Positions 17,185 through 26,144 of a stretch of DNA of 64,000 nt are shown here, one piece after another (the first letter of the stretch is position 1; each line of letters starts with the position of its first letter). Source of the stretch: a virus; IMG/VR virus record IMGVR_UViG_3300027881_000008, positions 11,009-75,008 of that record. One strand, 5' to 3'. The translations under genes and the position numbers were made by a program. The notes under the pieces were generated by a model. It saw only the letters and a list, made by a program, of their open reading frames with translations, did no database searches and was not told where the DNA came from.

Positions 17185-18542
17185 GCTACCAGGGGATAGG
17201 CGCGCCGCCGGGGATGACACTGCTAGGCGGCGGCGCTGGCGCAGTAGGGCGCCGTGACCTCGGCGCAGTCGATGACCGGCCGGGGATGGCACTGCTAGGC
17301 GGCGGCGCTGGCGCAGGCTGTTCGCTCGGGTACGAGCTGTCGGGGATGGACCCGCAGAGCGCTTCGTGCCCCGGGGGCGGTTGCGACTCGGATTATTGCT
17401 GCTCTCCCCGAGACTGGCGCGACTCGGTTTATTGGAAGCTCAAGGGCGCGGTAAACTACGCGTACTTTCAAGAGGCATCTATCCGCAAATCTCTCTACCA
17501 GCTCCTCGACGTCCCTACCCCCACCGGGTTTCCGAGTCGTCTGGACGAGTACGCCTACGACGCCTGCGGGGACGAAGAGGGCCCAGCCTTTACGCAGAGT
17601 CTCGAGGCGCTGCGGGCGCGCCTCAAGCGCGCCGGGTTTAACCTGTGGAATATCTTGCCCCCCGACCGCTGGTCCCGCGAAAAGAAAGGGGTGCGCTCGG
17701 AGTGCCAGAGCGACGGCTGGCTCAGCCAGATGCGTGCTCCCTATCCCTACAAGATCAGCGGCGGGGGCTTCATGGCGCGGTTGGCCTACTGGCGCGACGG
17801 CCCCATCGAGGGAGAGCGGGCGAAGTCCGTCTACAACGTTACGGGCGGCCATCCTGGCGCCTTCAAGGACTGGCTGGCCGACAAGGCGATTCCCCTGATC
17901 GCGACTTCGCCGACGAGCACTCGTATCGAGAACTCGTCCTTCAACCCGGATGGATACGACTCTGGCGGCGACCCTAGGTGGAAGGCCAAGGCGCCGTGGG
18001 CGCTGGTGGACCGTTGGATAGGCACCACCGCGCCGGCAGAGATAGCCCCGCTCATGCTCACCTGCGGTCCCAACTCCCGCCTGGGGGGCTGCTCCGGGTG
18101 CGAGGCCCCACCCGACCGTTGGGCGGCGCAGCACGGCGGCGACCCAGGCAACCGAGTCACGATGCGCGATATGGGGAAAGCCCCCTCGATGCGCTGGTGG
18201 GCTCGCTTCTTGGACGTGTTCGCCCCTTTGCCCGACGTGGGCTGGGAGCCTGCGACGAAGGCCGGTCGCGCTGCCCAACAAAGCCGCTTCGTTCTCGCTA
18301 AAACGCCGGGGCGGGTGGCGGCCCACAGCGCTTCTCTTCCTTCGCTGATGGCGGTTAGGAAGCCAGCCCCTAGGTTCGTGGCTTCGGACGAAGGGATCGA
18401 GCGGCGCGTCGGGGGCGGCACCCCGCCGGCACCGCCGGGCAAAAGCGCCACACAAGGAGCTGTCCCATGGGTCCTGGCGGGACTTGTTGGGGCGGGCTTG
18501 GTTGGCGGCGGCGTGTGGTATTGGAGGAGCAGGGATGTATAG
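17181..18542 (+). CDS. Cys-rich surface/spike-like membrane protein, paralogue A (MSYQGIG)
   Basis: ATGA overlap; C-terminal TM + WYWR; near-identical blocks shared with the next gene. Confidence 0.75.
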   Translation: MSYQGIGAPPGMTLLGGGAGAVGRRDLGAVDDRPGMALLGGGAGAGCSLGYELSGMDPQSASCPGGGCDSDYCCSPRDWRDSVYWKLKGAVNYAYFQEASIRKSLYQLLDVPTPTGFPSRLDEYAYDACGDEEGPAFTQSLEALRARLKRAGFNLWNILPPDRWSREKKGVRSECQSDGWLSQMRAPYPYKISGGGFMARLAYWRDGPIEGERAKSVYNVTGGHPGAFKDWLADKAIPLIATSPTSTRIENSSFNPDGYDSGGDPRWKAKAPWALVDRWIGTTAPAEIAPLMLTCGPNSRLGGCSGCEAPPDRWAAQHGGDPGNRVTMRDMGKAPSMRWWARFLDVFAPLPDVGWEPATKAGRAAQQSRFVLAKTPGRVAAHSASLPSLMAVRKPAPRFVASDEGIERRVGGGTPPAPPGKSATQGAVPWVLAGLVGAGLVGGGVWYWRSRDV

Positions 18543-18955
18543 AGCAGTGGGAAAGCCGCCAGGGGTCGGTTTGGGATCGTTTGGTCCCGGCACCGCAGGC
18601 GCAGGCCCCGGCTGCAGCTTGGGCTACGAGAGGGGGGGGATGGAGCCCGAGAGCAAGGACTGCCCTACCGGGGGGTGCGACAGCGAGTTCGGCGACGCGA
18701 GGGACTGTTGCGGCGTCTCACATTGGCGAGATTCTGTCTACCACAGGATCAAGGGGGGGCAAGCCTATCAGTACTTCCAAGAGGCGGCCATTCGGAGGGC
18801 CCTTTACGACCTGCTCGACGTCCCTACCCCCACCGGGTTTCCGAGTCGTCTGGACGAGTACGCCTACGACGCTTGCGGGGACGAAGAGGGCCCAGCCTTT
18901 ACGCAGAGTCTCGAGGCGCTGCGCGCGCGCCTCAAGCGCGCCGGGTTTAACCTGT
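17505..18955 (+). repeat. 142-bp near-identical direct repeat (17505-17646 and 18814-18955)
   Basis: CTCGACGTCCCTACC...TTTAACCTGT with 2 mismatches by eye. Confidence 0.9.
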
Positions 18956-20097
18956 TCTCGATCCTTCCCCATAGCCGATGGTTCGTGGACGCCACCGGGA
19001 CCAAGAGTCCCAAAGCCATCGACGTCGTGCACTTGGCCCCGTGTAGCGACTCTCAAGAAGACGGCTGGTACAGCAAGCGTCGCGTGTACCCCTACCTGAA
19101 CGACGACTTCGTTCGGGTCAAGGTGAAAGGAAACGACGGCAAGTACCGGTGGGTCGTGAAGCCTCGCGGCACGACGACGGAAAACAAGAAGTATCCGTGG
19201 GACACGGGAGAAAGGGAAGGGGGGGAGCCCGTTTGCGCCCGGCAGGACGGGGGTTGGACCGCGCACCCCGCCATGTCCACCATACCCGGTGGGAGTAATC
19301 TGTTCGGCCCTGAAAACTCGGAACTCAAAAAGGGCTTCAAGAACCCCTGCATCGGGGGCGCGCCGACCGTCAACAAAGAGATGGCGATATTTAACGTCAC
19401 GGGCGGCAAGCCGGCCAAGTTCTGGGACTGGTGGGAGGACTTCGGAAAACCCCTCATTCGTTTCTCCCCCATCAGCAGCAGGGAACACCACTATGGGGGA
19501 CACCGAGACGCCTCTGCGACGCCGCGCTGGAAAGCGTGGAACCCCGAGCAAACGGAGAAACGGTTCACGGGCACCGTAGGTCCGGCTGAGGTGGCCCACC
19601 TCATGCTCACCTGCGGGCCCAGTTCGCGCTATGGAGCCTGCTCCGGGTGCGAGGCGCCAGCCGACCGTTGGGCGGCGCAGCACGGCGGAGACCCAGGCAA
19701 CCGAGTCACGATGCGCGACATGGGGAAAGACATCTCGATGCGCTGGTGGTCGAGGTTCTTGGACGTTTTCGCCCCTATGCCTGACGTGGGCGGCGGCGCC
19801 CCGAAAATCGACACGAGCAAGCTGAAGGCCGGGCTGAAGTTGTTCACCGCGCCGAAGAAGGGAGCGACTGGGATTTCTATCCACGGGCAGATCGCTCCAG
19901 GTGCATTAAAAGCTGCGAGCATGGCTGTTTCGAGGCGGCCTGCCCCGGTGTTAGTGGCCCACGACGAGGGCTCCGTAGACGCCCCTCCACTGCCCCCAGC
20001 GCCTGCTCCCAAAAGCAACGTCCCCTACATTCTGGGTGGCATCACGGCGGTCGGCCTGGTCAGCGTAGGGGTCTGGTATTGGAGGAAGGATGTATAA
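18535..20097 (+). CDS. Cys-rich surface/spike-like membrane protein, paralogue B (MYRAVG...GLG)
   Basis: GGAGG SD; same constant blocks; longer variable middle; TM + WYWR. Confidence 0.75.
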   Translation: MYRAVGKPPGVGLGSFGPGTAGAGPGCSLGYERGGMEPESKDCPTGGCDSEFGDARDCCGVSHWRDSVYHRIKGGQAYQYFQEAAIRRALYDLLDVPTPTGFPSRLDEYAYDACGDEEGPAFTQSLEALRARLKRAGFNLFSILPHSRWFVDATGTKSPKAIDVVHLAPCSDSQEDGWYSKRRVYPYLNDDFVRVKVKGNDGKYRWVVKPRGTTTENKKYPWDTGEREGGEPVCARQDGGWTAHPAMSTIPGGSNLFGPENSELKKGFKNPCIGGAPTVNKEMAIFNVTGGKPAKFWDWWEDFGKPLIRFSPISSREHHYGGHRDASATPRWKAWNPEQTEKRFTGTVGPAEVAHLMLTCGPSSRYGACSGCEAPADRWAAQHGGDPGNRVTMRDMGKDISMRWWSRFLDVFAPMPDVGGGAPKIDTSKLKAGLKLFTAPKKGATGISIHGQIAPGALKAASMAVSRRPAPVLVAHDEGSVDAPPLPPAPAPKSNVPYILGGITAVGLVSVGVWYWRKDV

Positions 20098-21787
20098 AGG
20101 TATCTGGGTGCCGCCGGGGATGGGCGCGTACGACGACTCTCCCGACGAGGCGGACTGGGGACATCGCAAGGTGCCCTCGCCAGCCTACCCTTGGGACGGG
20201 TGGGACAAAACTGGCAAGCACCCTGACGCGGCGGACTTCGGCTACGACACCGCCTCGGCCTATAGCCTTCTTGACGACGGCTTCCTCAACGAACAGACGA
20301 AGATCGCGCTACCCGGGATGCCAAACACCGGCGAGTTGATACAGCTGGTGGGACCACCTTCCCAGTCTGCGGTTCTCGGCGTCAGGTCGGCTCTCGAAGG
20401 GGCGACGGGGCTGCCCGTGGACAAGATCGCTTCTACCATGGGGGTCGACCTCGGCCTCATGGGGTCGATGGTGGGCAATCTGGTAAGAGGAGAGACCGAG
20501 GTCGCCCAACAACAGGCGCTCCAAATGGGAAAGGGGATCCTGAAGGCGGGGCTAGACCTCGCCTTTGGAAACATCCCAATCGTCGGGCAGATCGTAGGGA
20601 TCGCCGCCGACGTCGTGTTCGCTTTGCTGGGAAACGCGGCGAAGTTCCAAGCGGAAAAAATTCACAAGGCGACGCTCGATCAGGTGAGGAAAGAGCTGCA
20701 GAGCCGCTGCGACACGCTTTACTCGATAGGCCAAAATCCCGTGAAGACGGGGATCTCACTAGGGGACGGTTCCCTGATGGCCACGCCCTCCGACTTGTTC
20801 CGCCCGGTGAGGGAAGCCTACGAATCTGGGAGCGGCGTATTGCCGATGACACCCGCGTCTGTCTACGTGCTCCTGTGCGGCGCGGAGAGCCAAGGGTTTG
20901 GCTTCTCCCGCCAGGAATGGGAACAAAAGAACGCGGGCTACGGCATCACAATACCGCCCCCGGTCCAGCGGCGGATGTGGAAGTGCATCAAAGCGATCTT
21001 CTCAGCGGTCCAACATCCCAGTGCGCAGTACGTTCCGGGCGACGGCGGCAAGTCGTCTTACATGGTCGTCCAAGAACTGGTGCGTACGCAGAGGGAGTCA
21101 AACAACTTCTCCGAAAGATCGATCTGGATGCTCGCCACCGAGCTCGCCGCCCGCGTCACCTATTGGCACCCTGACCCCAAGAAGGAAGAATGGGGCCCTT
21201 CAGGAGCCGGCGAGTACAACCGATACTACGGGGGAAACTGCTCCGGCACCGTGATGTGGCACGGCGCGGGCGGTCAGGGGGAGGAGTGCTTCAAGCGTGG
21301 CGGCTGCCAGACCCCCCAGGTGGTCTTCAAGAAGACGCGCGGGCGCTACATGGAGTGGGAGAAGGCCGAGAAAATCTCGGGCCCGACCGATTTCGCAGTA
21401 GCTCCTCTCGTGCGCGCCATAGCATCTCCTCAGACGGGCACCTTCTGGGTCGGTCAGGGCAAGTGGGCCGCGCTCATGCGCGAAGCTTACAGGGACCCCA
21501 AAAGCGGGCGCTTGGGCCTTTACCCGAACGAGAAGTTCGTGGCCGCACAGGGTCTCGACCAGCCCCGGGAGGCCAACAGCAAGCTGACTTTGAGCCTCGC
21601 GGGCACCCAACACCTCGTCATGAACCTGAAGAAGTCCATCGACGTTCAGGACGAGGGAGCCGAGGGGGAAGAGGAAGGCCCCAGCTTGGTTCCGTGGGTG
21701 TTGGGCACCGCCGTTCTTGGCACCGGAGCCTACTTCGGGGCCCGACAGCTGGGGCGGATGGGACGGAAAAAGGGCTGGGGGAGATAA
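20090..21787 (+). CDS. large membrane-anchored protein with internal hydrophobic hairpin (possible membrane-penetration/ejection protein)
   Basis: MYKGI..PGMG start; NIPIVGQIVGIAADVVFALLG segment; C-terminal TM. Confidence 0.65.
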   Translation: MYKGIWVPPGMGAYDDSPDEADWGHRKVPSPAYPWDGWDKTGKHPDAADFGYDTASAYSLLDDGFLNEQTKIALPGMPNTGELIQLVGPPSQSAVLGVRSALEGATGLPVDKIASTMGVDLGLMGSMVGNLVRGETEVAQQQALQMGKGILKAGLDLAFGNIPIVGQIVGIAADVVFALLGNAAKFQAEKIHKATLDQVRKELQSRCDTLYSIGQNPVKTGISLGDGSLMATPSDLFRPVREAYESGSGVLPMTPASVYVLLCGAESQGFGFSRQEWEQKNAGYGITIPPPVQRRMWKCIKAIFSAVQHPSAQYVPGDGGKSSYMVVQELVRTQRESNNFSERSIWMLATELAARVTYWHPDPKKEEWGPSGAGEYNRYYGGNCSGTVMWHGAGGQGEECFKRGGCQTPQVVFKKTRGRYMEWEKAEKISGPTDFAVAPLVRAIASPQTGTFWVGQGKWAALMREAYRDPKSGRLGLYPNEKFVAAQGLDQPREANSKLTLSLAGTQHLVMNLKKSIDVQDEGAEGEEEGPSLVPWVLGTAVLGTGAYFGARQLGRMGRKKGWGR

Positions 21788-21811
21788 CCAACCACCTGTA
21801 AGGAGCGAACA

Positions 21812-22054
21812 ATGAGCGAAAAAATGAACTGGATACAAAAGCTGTCACATAGGAAAGACCCGGGGCGAGACGCCTTCGACGCGGCCCAGAAGGCGGCCCA
21901 GGAGGCGGCCGGTAAGGCGCCTGTCCAAGAGGCCGAGGCTGACCCTGTCGTGGTAGCCGAGCCCGATCCGGCTCCCGAGCCCGAACCCCCAGTTGAGGTG
22001 GCGCCCGAGCCCGAGCCCGAAAAGCCCAAGCGCGGCAGGTCGCGAAGGCGGTGA
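21812..22054 (+). CDS. small Glu/Pro-rich protein with basic tail
   Basis: AAGGAG SD; EPEP repeats; KPKRGRSRRR. Confidence 0.7.
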   Translation: MSEKMNWIQKLSHRKDPGRDAFDAAQKAAQEAAGKAPVQEAEADPVVVAEPDPAPEPEPPVEVAPEPEPEKPKRGRSRRR

Positions 22055-22590
22055 GTTACGTCGGAGTGGGCAAGCCCCCCGGCGGCGGTGGCCGTGGCGG
22101 CGGTGGCCGTGGCGGCGGTGGCCGTGGCGGTGGAGGGCACGCGGGTATGGGTCCCGGTCCTGGTCCTGGGCCGCATCCTGGGCCCCATCCTCACCCTCAC
22201 CCTCATCCCGGGCCCGGCCCCCATCCTCACCCGGGCCCTCACCACCGGCCTGGCTGGGGTAGGCGCCGTCGGCGGCTACGGTGGGGCGGCTATGCGCCGC
22301 CTGGCTACTACGACACCACGCCGTGGTACTTCACAACCGGCGACCAGTGCAGCTACTACGGAGGCCGGAAACAATGCGTATTGGCGGGTCCCAACGACTA
22401 CGGGGGCGACCCCTTCTGCGACCCTGGTTGGGTGAGGCGGTGCATCGTACCGCTCGGCAGTTGCGCCAGTCTGGGCGGGTACAAGCAGTGCATCCCTCTC
22501 CTTGCCGGCGACCCGCCTGATCCTCTATGTCCAACCGGGAACTCACGCCAGTGCGTGCTCCCTCCGCTTCGAGGCGGCTACACATGGTAG
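22051..22590 (+). CDS. Gly/Arg, His/Pro and Cys-repeat protein (MSYVGVG)
   Basis: (GGGGR)x3, (GPHP)n, poly-R, two C..GG.KQC...DP.C..G..R.C repeats. Confidence 0.7.
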   Translation: MSYVGVGKPPGGGGRGGGGRGGGGRGGGGHAGMGPGPGPGPHPGPHPHPHPHPGPGPHPHPGPHHRPGWGRRRRRLRWGGYAPPGYYDTTPWYFTTGDQCSYYGGRKQCVLAGPNDYGGDPFCDPGWVRRCIVPLGSCASLGGYKQCIPLLAGDPPDPLCPTGNSRQCVLPPLRGGYTW

Positions 22591-22603
22591 GAAGGCCGAA
22601 AAG

Positions 22604-23218
22604 ATGAAACCAGCCGGTCCCACCGCCTCCTACCGGGCCTACATCCGAGGGCTCCAGAAGCAGGCCGCACAGCTGGAGGCGTCCCTGGTGGACCTCGGCG
22701 CTCGCCGCCCCCGCCCCCCGCCGGGACTGGGGGTGCCTTGGTTGGGGGAGGCATACCAAAAAGTGAGGGAAGCAGGGGCGTACCTGGAACTGGAAGCGAC
22801 GATGGGCCAGCCCGGCGACTACGACGAGGACACGCCTGCTCGGGAAGAGTACTGGGACCAGGTCGGAGAAGCCGAGCGCGCAGAGGAGGCGGTTCGCGCG
22901 GCCATGATACGCCTGCGCCCCAAAAACCCGAAGAGCCGCACGGTCCATCCCATCAAGCCGGCCACTATTCGGTCCCAGGTATTCTCCTCTTGGCTATTCC
23001 CGTACCGTGGGCACGGCGCCGTCGAGCCCACGCCGCTTGTCGTCTACGTGTTCACGGAGTCGGGGAACCTCCGCGACCCCTACAGCTACGGCCTAGCGCC
23101 CTACTTCGGCCGGGTAGCGGAGGCCCTCCGAAAGGACCCTCTCTATGGAGACGCTGGGTGGGACAGCGTCAACGCCGCCATCAGCTACTTCTGGCTTGAG
23201 CCGGAGGCGCTCGCGTGA
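22604..23218 (+). CDS. two-domain hypothetical protein joined by RPKNP
   Basis: ORF with normal composition; coupled to the next gene. Confidence 0.6.
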   Translation: MKPAGPTASYRAYIRGLQKQAAQLEASLVDLGARRPRPPPGLGVPWLGEAYQKVREAGAYLELEATMGQPGDYDEDTPAREEYWDQVGEAERAEEAVRAAMIRLRPKNPKSRTVHPIKPATIRSQVFSSWLFPYRGHGAVEPTPLVVYVFTESGNLRDPYSYGLAPYFGRVAEALRKDPLYGDAGWDSVNAAISYFWLEPEALA

Positions 23219-23403
23219 CCAAGAAGGAGCTGAAAGAGATTGCGATCACCGCCGCCATCACGGCCGCCGCCTCGAGCGTGGCCTCGATCATAGCTAGCGG
23301 CGCAGTGGCCTACTTCATAACGCGGGCCAGCGCGAAAAAGGAGGAGGCGCGCGCGGCCCAGATGACCACCGAAGGAATGTGGCCTGAATGGCCGCCGGGC
23401 TGA
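23215..23403 (+). CDS. small membrane protein
   Basis: GGAGG SD; Ala/Ile hydrophobic stretch. Confidence 0.65.
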   Translation: MTKKELKEIAITAAITAAASSVASIIASGAVAYFITRASAKKEEARAAQMTTEGMWPEWPPG

Positions 23404-24068
23404 TCGCGCGCGCCCTGGTGCGCAACGACGCGGGCCTGGTACTAGCCGTGGCCCCGCACCGCCGGCCAGGGCGCCTTACGCTACCCGGAGGGTTCGTGGA
23501 CCCCGGCGAGTCGGTAGCTGAGGCCGCAGCGCGTGAGCTTCACGAGGAAACGGGGCTTGTCGCTGAGTCGATGGAGCCGCTGCTAGTGGTCGAGACCGCC
23601 CGGCGCCACACCGTGTTTTTCGCGGTAGCCGCTCGGGGGCGGTTACGCGGGAGCCCAGAAGGGCGCCCGGTCTGGGTGGAGCCAGCCAAGCTTCTGGGCA
23701 CCAACCGTTACGCTGCATCGCACCGCGCGGTCTTCGACGCAGCTGGCATGCGCCCCAACCCGGGACGCGTGCGCGGCTACAAGGTTATGGCGCTGGCGGG
23801 CGACCGCCTGGTGTCGGGGGCGAACGCGCGTCTTTCCTTCCCAGCGCGAGAGGGGGCGGTCTTGAGAATGCCGGGCAACGGAATCTACCTCAGCCCCAAC
23901 AGGGACTACGTGCTCGATTACTACAGCGGCTTGGCGGAGGACGAGGTGCTGCTCACCCTCGGCTTCCGAACGGCCGACATAAAGTGGGGGAACCTCTCGG
24001 ACCGAGAGTCCGAAGTGGGAGTTAGCCCCGTCACCGTTATCTCCATCGAGCGCATAGACCCAGGCTAA
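23388..24068 (+). CDS. Nudix hydrolase fused to a second domain
   Basis: Nudix box LPGGFVDPGESVAEAAARELHEETGL; MRPNP junction. Confidence 0.9.
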   Translation: MAAGLIARALVRNDAGLVLAVAPHRRPGRLTLPGGFVDPGESVAEAAARELHEETGLVAESMEPLLVVETARRHTVFFAVAARGRLRGSPEGRPVWVEPAKLLGTNRYAASHRAVFDAAGMRPNPGRVRGYKVMALAGDRLVSGANARLSFPAREGAVLRMPGNGIYLSPNRDYVLDYYSGLAEDEVLLTLGFRTADIKWGNLSDRESEVGVSPVTVISIERIDPG

Positions 24069-24073
24069 GCGGG

Positions 24074-24104
24074 GTTGACTTGGTGGCAACTGCTGAGGCA
24101 TTCT
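24074..24104 (+). promoter_or_regulatory. promoter overlapped by a 17-bp operator-like palindrome
   Basis: TTGACT-18 nt-CATTCT, 7 nt before ATG; GTTGAC-TTGGT-GGCAAC at 24074-24090. Confidence 0.55.
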
Positions 24105-24111
24105 GCGGGCC

Positions 24112-24843
24112 ATGGCTGAACACCTCACGGATACGGCGCCCGACGCCGCTGACACCGAGCCCTCTTTGCGGGAGCCCGACTTTGACATACCCGAAGGTGA
24201 GCACCCGGATTTGGCCCTCACGCCCGGCGAGCTCGCTGCAGCGACGGCGCATCTGAGCGGCGACACCTCCACTCCCATCCCTGACGCGAAGCGCGGGCCC
24301 GACGTGTTCGTCAAGTTCGCGTCAGCCACCACCAGCGCACACGACGACATGATGTCCGCTGCTGTCGAAGACGGCGACCGCCGGCGGGCTGAAGCCGACG
24401 CCGAGCGCGCCACCGCACGCGCGAAGGGGTTGGGCAACGACCCGAACGAAGTCGCGAGCCAACACACCAGCCTCTTCACTGATCATCCCGAGGTCGAGGA
24501 AGGGAAGGTGCATCTGTTTTACATCTCCCGCTTCGGCACCGAGGTGGAGTTCGAGGGGGTCGGCGACATCGTCATCCCCGACGAGCCGGCGTTCGAGGGC
24601 GAGCGGATGCTCATGCTCTTCTGTCCGCGCTGCCTAGAGAGGTACCCGGCAGCTCACTGCATCATCCAGGTGCGGCAGAGCAACAGGTTCTGGGCCCTAG
24701 ACGAGAAGACCACGGGCGACCCTTTCGTGTTTGAGGACGAGCACTACGTGAGCGCGGGCATGATCATGGAATCGGAGGAGTTCACCTGCGGTCGGTGCTC
24801 GTGGGCAGCGAATATCGACAAAAACCGAGTGAGGCCGCGATGA
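24112..24843 (+). CDS. acidic protein with C-terminal zinc ribbon
   Basis: CPRC ... CGRC pairs. Confidence 0.7.
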   Translation: MAEHLTDTAPDAADTEPSLREPDFDIPEGEHPDLALTPGELAAATAHLSGDTSTPIPDAKRGPDVFVKFASATTSAHDDMMSAAVEDGDRRRAEADAERATARAKGLGNDPNEVASQHTSLFTDHPEVEEGKVHLFYISRFGTEVEFEGVGDIVIPDEPAFEGERMLMLFCPRCLERYPAAHCIIQVRQSNRFWALDEKTTGDPFVFEDEHYVSAGMIMESEEFTCGRCSWAANIDKNRVRPR

Positions 24844-26144
24844 CTGACCCGCAGGCCGCCGATGTTGGCGTCGTCGAACAGATGGCTCCCTACGCCCAGG
24901 CAGAGGCAAACGTGGGTTTCATCATGAAAGAGGGCACCCCCGCTACGCACGACCGCGGCGTCCTCTTCTTGGGTCCGTGGCAGAAGGCAGGCGACGGCTT
25001 TTCCGAGCACGTCCGTCGGCAAGCTCGGGCGCTCTCTTTGGCCGACGTGCCCGTCCACCTGCGCGCCCCAGCCGCCCGGGTGCAGGAGACGACGAAGGAT
25101 GAGCGGGCGCTGATGGCCGCTTACCAGGACTTGGCGATGAAAAGCGTAGGCACCTACGGCGCACAGGTGAACATGGTGGTGCCCCACAGCGACTACCTGA
25201 CCAAGCTGGTGCGCGGCTCGCTGCGCCACTACTCCGTCGACCAGCAGGCCCACATCAACGCCCACCGAGCGGTCTATACGGTTTGGGAGCGCCAAGCCGG
25301 GATGTCCCCCGGCGACGTCGCCGCGTTCAACGCTTGCGGTCAGGCGTGGGTAGCTAGCAACCAGGCTAAGGCGCTGCTGGCCAGTTCGGGCGTTGAAACC
25401 GACACTCGGGTCTTCCCGTGCCCCTTCTTTCCTGACGACCCACATCTCGCATTCAACGAGAGGGAGCGTTCTCGGGGCCCAGTGACCTTCTACCACGTCG
25501 GCAAGTGGGAGCCGCGTAAGGCTCAACACCAGATGCTCGGGAGCTTCTTGAGGGCTGTGAAGCCCGGCGAGGCGCTGTTTGTGCTCAAGACCTCCTCCCG
25601 CTTCCCCGTTACCGACGGCGAGTACCCTGACAGCCCCGCCGATAGCCTCGCTCATTGGCTCGATAACGACGCGGCGGTGAGAGCGAACGGCTGGTCCCGA
25701 GAGAGCATCAATAGGGGGGTCATCCTGATCGCCAGTTTCATCTCCGAGGAGAAGATGCTCGCACTTCACCGCACTGGCGACGTCTACCTCACGTTGAGTC
25801 GCGGCGAGGGGTTCGACATGCCGGCCTTCGACGCCAAGCTCTCGGGCAACCTCATGGTTTACACGCCGAGCGGTGGCCCACAAGACTTCGCGGGCGAACT
25901 GGACCAGCGGGTAGAGTCCACCGGAACGGTGCCGGCCGACCCTTTTTACGACTGGCCCGAAGACGCTACCTACCTCGACTACGACATGGACGCGGCTGCC
26001 GCAGCGATCCAGGCAGCCATGAAAGAGGTGCGTGACGGGCGCCGGATCCGGGGCGTCTCGCTAGCCGGTTTCGAGGCGCACTCGGTAGGGGCCGCGATGG
26101 CGCGCGCCTTGGACGAGATAGGGTGGCGAGGGGATCCAGGGTGA
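24840..26144 (+). CDS. glycosyltransferase, GT-B/GT4-like
   Basis: FYHVGKWEPRK; DVYLTLSRGEGFDMPAFDA. Confidence 0.9.
   Translation: MTDPQAADVGVVEQMAPYAQAEANVGFIMKEGTPATHDRGVLFLGPWQKAGDGFSEHVRRQARALSLADVPVHLRAPAARVQETTKDERALMAAYQDLAMKSVGTYGAQVNMVVPHSDYLTKLVRGSLRHYSVDQQAHINAHRAVYTVWERQAGMSPGDVAAFNACGQAWVASNQAKALLASSGVETDTRVFPCPFFPDDPHLAFNERERSRGPVTFYHVGKWEPRKAQHQMLGSFLRAVKPGEALFVLKTSSRFPVTDGEYPDSPADSLAHWLDNDAAVRANGWSRESINRGVILIASFISEEKMLALHRTGDVYLTLSRGEGFDMPAFDAKLSGNLMVYTPSGGPQDFAGELDQRVESTGTVPADPFYDWPEDATYLDYDMDAAAAAIQAAMKEVRDGRRIRGVSLAGFEAHSVGAAMARALDEIGWRGDPG

Noticed and set aside
17505-19792. Diversity-generating retroelement TR/VR pair
   Set aside because: No reverse transcriptase in the window; mismatches are not adenine-specific and both copies lie within paralogous genes.
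7293-21787. LPxTG, PEP-CTERM or MYXO-CTERM sorting signals; eukaryotic extensin/collagen contamination
   Set aside because: Signature residues and signal peptides are absent; SD sites and ATGA/GTGA overlaps show prokaryotic operon structure.
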